Of a DNA stretch of 64,000 bases, positions 60,322 to 64,000 are shown in pieces. The stretch lies in the NCBI GenBank assembly GCA_030704615.1, contig CM060733.1, forward strand, positions 44,578,001-44,642,000. Direction: 5' to 3'. Under the pieces are notes generated by a model. The model saw only the letters and a list, made by a program, of their open reading frames with translations, had not been told where the DNA came from and searched no databases. Origin of the DNA: Takakia lepidozioides (taxonomy: Eukaryota > Plantae > Bryophyta). Each line of letters starts with the position of its first letter. Position 1 is the first letter of the stretch. The position numbers and the translations under genes were made by a program.

Positions 60322-61991
60322 GCTCCTGCTATTACTGACCTTTTCGTTTAATTATGCCACCTTTTGGATTTTCCTTATGTCCCAGCAAATTTACTATATG
60401 CTTGGGATCTTGCTCAGTTTGATGTTCATTAGGATTGTTGCTGGTACTAGTCTGCATTAAAGTGTGGCGGACACACTGTTGGGTTTAGTTATGTCCCTTA
60501 CATATGTCTGGTTCATTTTTCTCCAGCATTTTTGCCTGATTCTTGTTTCCTGACCAAGGGGCTGAACTGTTTCCTAGGGCCTGCGCACACCTTCATAAGC
60601 AGCCACTGAAAATATGACAGGATACCTGAAAGGAAGAACACGGGGGCGGACACTTTCTATTTCACCTGCTCTAACCACTATTGTGTGGCCATAAAGGTTG
60701 TAGCATAGATGACCCACTTTATGAAGCTTTTCTCCATAGGTGCAAGGCCAGCACCCACGTAAGTGACATATCCAAGCTACTTATGAGGCAAGTTAACTAT
60801 CACTTACCTTTCCACCGGGAAAGTGAAGGGCGTTTGTTCAAAGTTGATGCTTTGGAAGGCCAATCTGCAGTGGAAGTCCCTCCTAGGTCCGCTGTTCCTG
60901 CCTTGCTTGAACTTTACCATGCTTCTACTTATGCTGGACATTTGGGGGTTACCAAGACAGTCAAACGTTTGCAAGAACAATATCATTGGAAAGGGTTGGT
61001 GAAGGATGTTTCAGCCTTCATTGCTAGATGTGTTCCCTGTCATGCTAAGACCATATTGCCTAGAACCGAGGCTCCATTACCTTTACAGCCTATCCCTGTC
61101 ACTGAACCTTTTGCAAGGGTGAGCTTAGATTTAGTTGGATCACTCAAACCCACGTCCAAGGGTCATGCATACCTTGCTGTAGCCATGGATTACCTGACGA
61201 AATGGGTTGAGCTCCAACCATTGGTTCCTAAGGACAGTGATGAAGTGGTTCAATTCTTCTTTGACAAGGTGATCCTCCGCCACGGATGTCCCATTGAGAT
61301 CCTCACGGATCAAGGTACCGAGTTTTGTAACCAGCTCATGGATATTATCTTGTTTAACTTGAATACTAGTCATGTAGTGACTGCCCCTTATAACCCCCAA
61401 TGCAATGGCTTGACGGAGCGTTTTAACAAGACCATGTGTCAGATGTTGGAGAAGAATGGAACTTTGATTGACGAGTGGGACATGGCTGTTCCAATTTTGT
61501 TGTTTGCTTATCGCACTTCTATTCATGGTAGTACTAAGCTTTCCCCTTTTGAGTTGTTGTATGGCAGGAAGTGCCGTACCCCTTTGCATATTTCGTGGTT
61601 GCAGGTGTCGGCCACTGAACCTGAAAACTGAGAGCAATTTTTGCTTACTATGGATGCTAAACGCAGGCAGCTTCGTGAGACTGCCAAGTTCAATATCCAG
61701 TTTGCTCAGGCATCTCAGACTAAGTATTATAACCGTAGGGTTGTTTATTCTGAGTATTTTAAAATAGGACAATCTGTTTGTGTCAGATTGCGACCAGGGA
61801 AGCAGGACTCTAAGGCTAAGCGGCGCATAGATGGCCCTTACCTTATTACTGAAATTCTTCCAGGTAGACAGTATGTGCTCCTCCCACAACAGTCTTCCAT
61901 TCCTCATCTGGCTGGTTCAGTTTATGTGTATTTATTAGTTCCCTGCACTCTAACGTTTGACTTGACATGTTTGAATGTGGAAAATAGACAT
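60322..61991 (+). mobile_element. Ty3/Gypsy integrase region (3' part of the copy split by the CACTA), running into the gap
   Basis: 316-aa ORF with YHASTYAGHLG...CVPCHAK, SLDLVG, DYLTKWVE, TDQGTEF and PQCNGLTERFNKT, then RRIDGPY. Confidence 0.9.
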
Positions 61992-62491
61992 NNNNNNNNN
62001 NNNNNNNNNNNNNNNNNNNNNNNNNNNNNNNNNNNNNNNNNNNNNNNNNNNNNNNNNNNNNNNNNNNNNNNNNNNNNNNNNNNNNNNNNNNNNNNNNNNN
62101 NNNNNNNNNNNNNNNNNNNNNNNNNNNNNNNNNNNNNNNNNNNNNNNNNNNNNNNNNNNNNNNNNNNNNNNNNNNNNNNNNNNNNNNNNNNNNNNNNNNN
62201 NNNNNNNNNNNNNNNNNNNNNNNNNNNNNNNNNNNNNNNNNNNNNNNNNNNNNNNNNNNNNNNNNNNNNNNNNNNNNNNNNNNNNNNNNNNNNNNNNNNN
62301 NNNNNNNNNNNNNNNNNNNNNNNNNNNNNNNNNNNNNNNNNNNNNNNNNNNNNNNNNNNNNNNNNNNNNNNNNNNNNNNNNNNNNNNNNNNNNNNNNNNN
62401 NNNNNNNNNNNNNNNNNNNNNNNNNNNNNNNNNNNNNNNNNNNNNNNNNNNNNNNNNNNNNNNNNNNNNNNNNNNNNNNNNNNNNNNNNNN
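61992..62491. other. Assembly gap (500 N)
   Basis: Run of N. Confidence 0.99.
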
Positions 62492-64000
62492 GAGTCGCAC
62501 TTTTCCGACATTTCAGAACGGAAAAGCGCCGCCGCATTTCCATTTTGTATCTGATGCATGGAGCTGAGGGATTGAAATGCCGCAGCACATTTCCGTCCTT
62601 AAAAGACATTCATACTCTCCAGAACGGAAATGCGGTACCGCATTTCCGTTCTGATTGAGATTTACGAACAACGGGAACAGAAATGCGGCACCGCATTTCC
62701 GTCCGAGTCGCACTTTTCGACATTCCAAAACGGAAATGCGGCGCCGCATTTCCATTTTGTATCTGATGCATGGAGCCGAGTGCGATTCCGACAGCTTCAT
62801 ACAGCGCAATTCCGACCGCTTGAGACATTCATACTATCCAGAACGGAAATGCGGCAACGCATTTCCGTTCTGACTGAAAATCGTGAACCATCTGAACTAA
62901 AATGCGGCACCGTATTCCATCCGAGTCGCACCTACCAACATTTCAGAACGGAAATGCGGTACCGCATTTCCGTTCTGACTGAAAATCGTGAACCGTCGGA
63001 ACTGAAATGCGGCAACGCATTTCCATCCGAGTCGCACCTCCCAACATTCTCGAACGGAATGTATTAGATTCAAAAGGGAAATGCGGCACCGCATTTCCGT
63101 TCTGATGAAATATCCTGAAACCTCGGAACTGAAATGCGGTACCGCATTTCCGTGGGAGTCGCACCTTCCGACATTCCAAAACGGAAATGCGGCGCCGCAT
63201 TTCCGTTTGTATGTGAGGCATGGAGCTTTGGAACGAAAATGCGGCACGGAATTTCCGCCAGCGTCAGACGTTAATACTCTACAGAACGGAAATGCGGTAC
63301 CGCATTTCCATTCTGACTGAAAATCGTGCGCAACGGGAACAGAAATCCGGCACCGCATTTCCGTTCGAGTCGCACCTTCCGACATTCTAGAACGGAAATG
63401 CGGCGCCGCATTTCCGTTTTGTATATTGGGCCTGGAGCTGTGCTACGAAAATGTTGTACCCGCATTTCCATCCATGTGAGACCTTCAAACTTTCCGGACC
63501 GGAAATGCGGCACCGCATTTCTGTCCAGGTGAGACCTCTATACTTTCCCGAACGGAAATGTGGCACGACATTTCCATTCATCATCTAACGGATGTGAAGT
63601 GGGAACGGAAATGCGGTACCGCATTTCCGTTCACATTGAAAATCATGAACCACGGGAACTGAAATGTTGTGCCTCATTCCCGTCCCAATCGCACCTTTCG
63701 ACATTCCAGAACGGAAATGCGGCGCCGCATTTCCCTTTTGAATCTCATACTTGGAGCTGTGGGACGGAAATGCGGCACCGTATTTCCGTTCAACAACTAA
63801 GGTAAGTGAAGGTGGAACGGAAATGCGGTGCCGCATTTTCTTCCAACAAGTACGGATGTGTAGCAGAGTGATCGTACTTAACGGAAATGCGGCGCCGCAT
63901 TCGCATTTTCGCTCCAACTGATCAGACGCTGGGACGGAAATACCTTGAAATGTGAACACGTGGAGCAACGGAATTGCTGCACATGTCGGCACTCTATCTG
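62492..64000. repeat. Higher-order tandem array of palindromic AACGGAAATGCGG-NN-CCGCATTTCCGTT units
   Basis: About 25 hairpin units spaced ~50-60 bp, with recurring linker classes (CCGAGTCGCACC...ACATTCC, CTGACTGAAAATCGTG, TTGTATCTGATGCATGGAGC). Confidence 0.88.

Noticed and set aside
61641-62658. Long ORFs spanning 62 kb
   Set aside because: Artefacts of translating through the 500-N gap.
62492-64000. CRISPR-like appearance (28-bp palindromic repeat plus ~25-30-bp spacers)
   Set aside because: The spacers recur in classes, the repeats are degenerate, there are no cas genes and the context is plant nuclear DNA.

Overview
Eukaryotic nuclear DNA from a land plant, most likely a non-seed lineage (bryophyte, lycophyte or fern). 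This is inferred from the Replitron HUH element, the piggyBac-like DDE remnant and the abundant PLS-PPR fragments. Three intact spliced genes can be reconstructed exon by exon: a LOH2-type ceramide synthase (1351-4814 +), an HRS1/HHO/NIGT1-type GARP transcription factor (8561-11771 +) preceded by clustered P1BS and GAATC motifs, and a FRO6/7-like ferric chelate reductase (23034-30232 -) with a LINE inserted into an intronic (CT)n microsatellite. The rest is layered mobile DNA: (i) a decayed Replitron HUH endonuclease gene head-to-head with a decayed piggyBac-type transposase (12.7-16.6 kb); (ii) a tRNA-derived SINE family; (iii) a ~15.6-kb inverted-repeat structure with 5.2/5.5-kb arms (31.2-46.8 kb) around a PPR pseudogene; (iv) two head-to-head Gypsy copies, one split by a 9.4-kb non-autonomous CACTA with a perfect CAT TSD. 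That CACTA contains an inverted copy of itself and a hAT MITE, and carries repeated intron-containing OSB-type PDF-motif exons joined to PLS-PPR fragments. There is also a 500-N gap and two palindromic repeat arrays. The best candidates for something undescribed are the Replitron/piggyBac pair and the Pack-CACTA carrying PDF+PPR modules. All family assignments come from motif recognition, not database searches.
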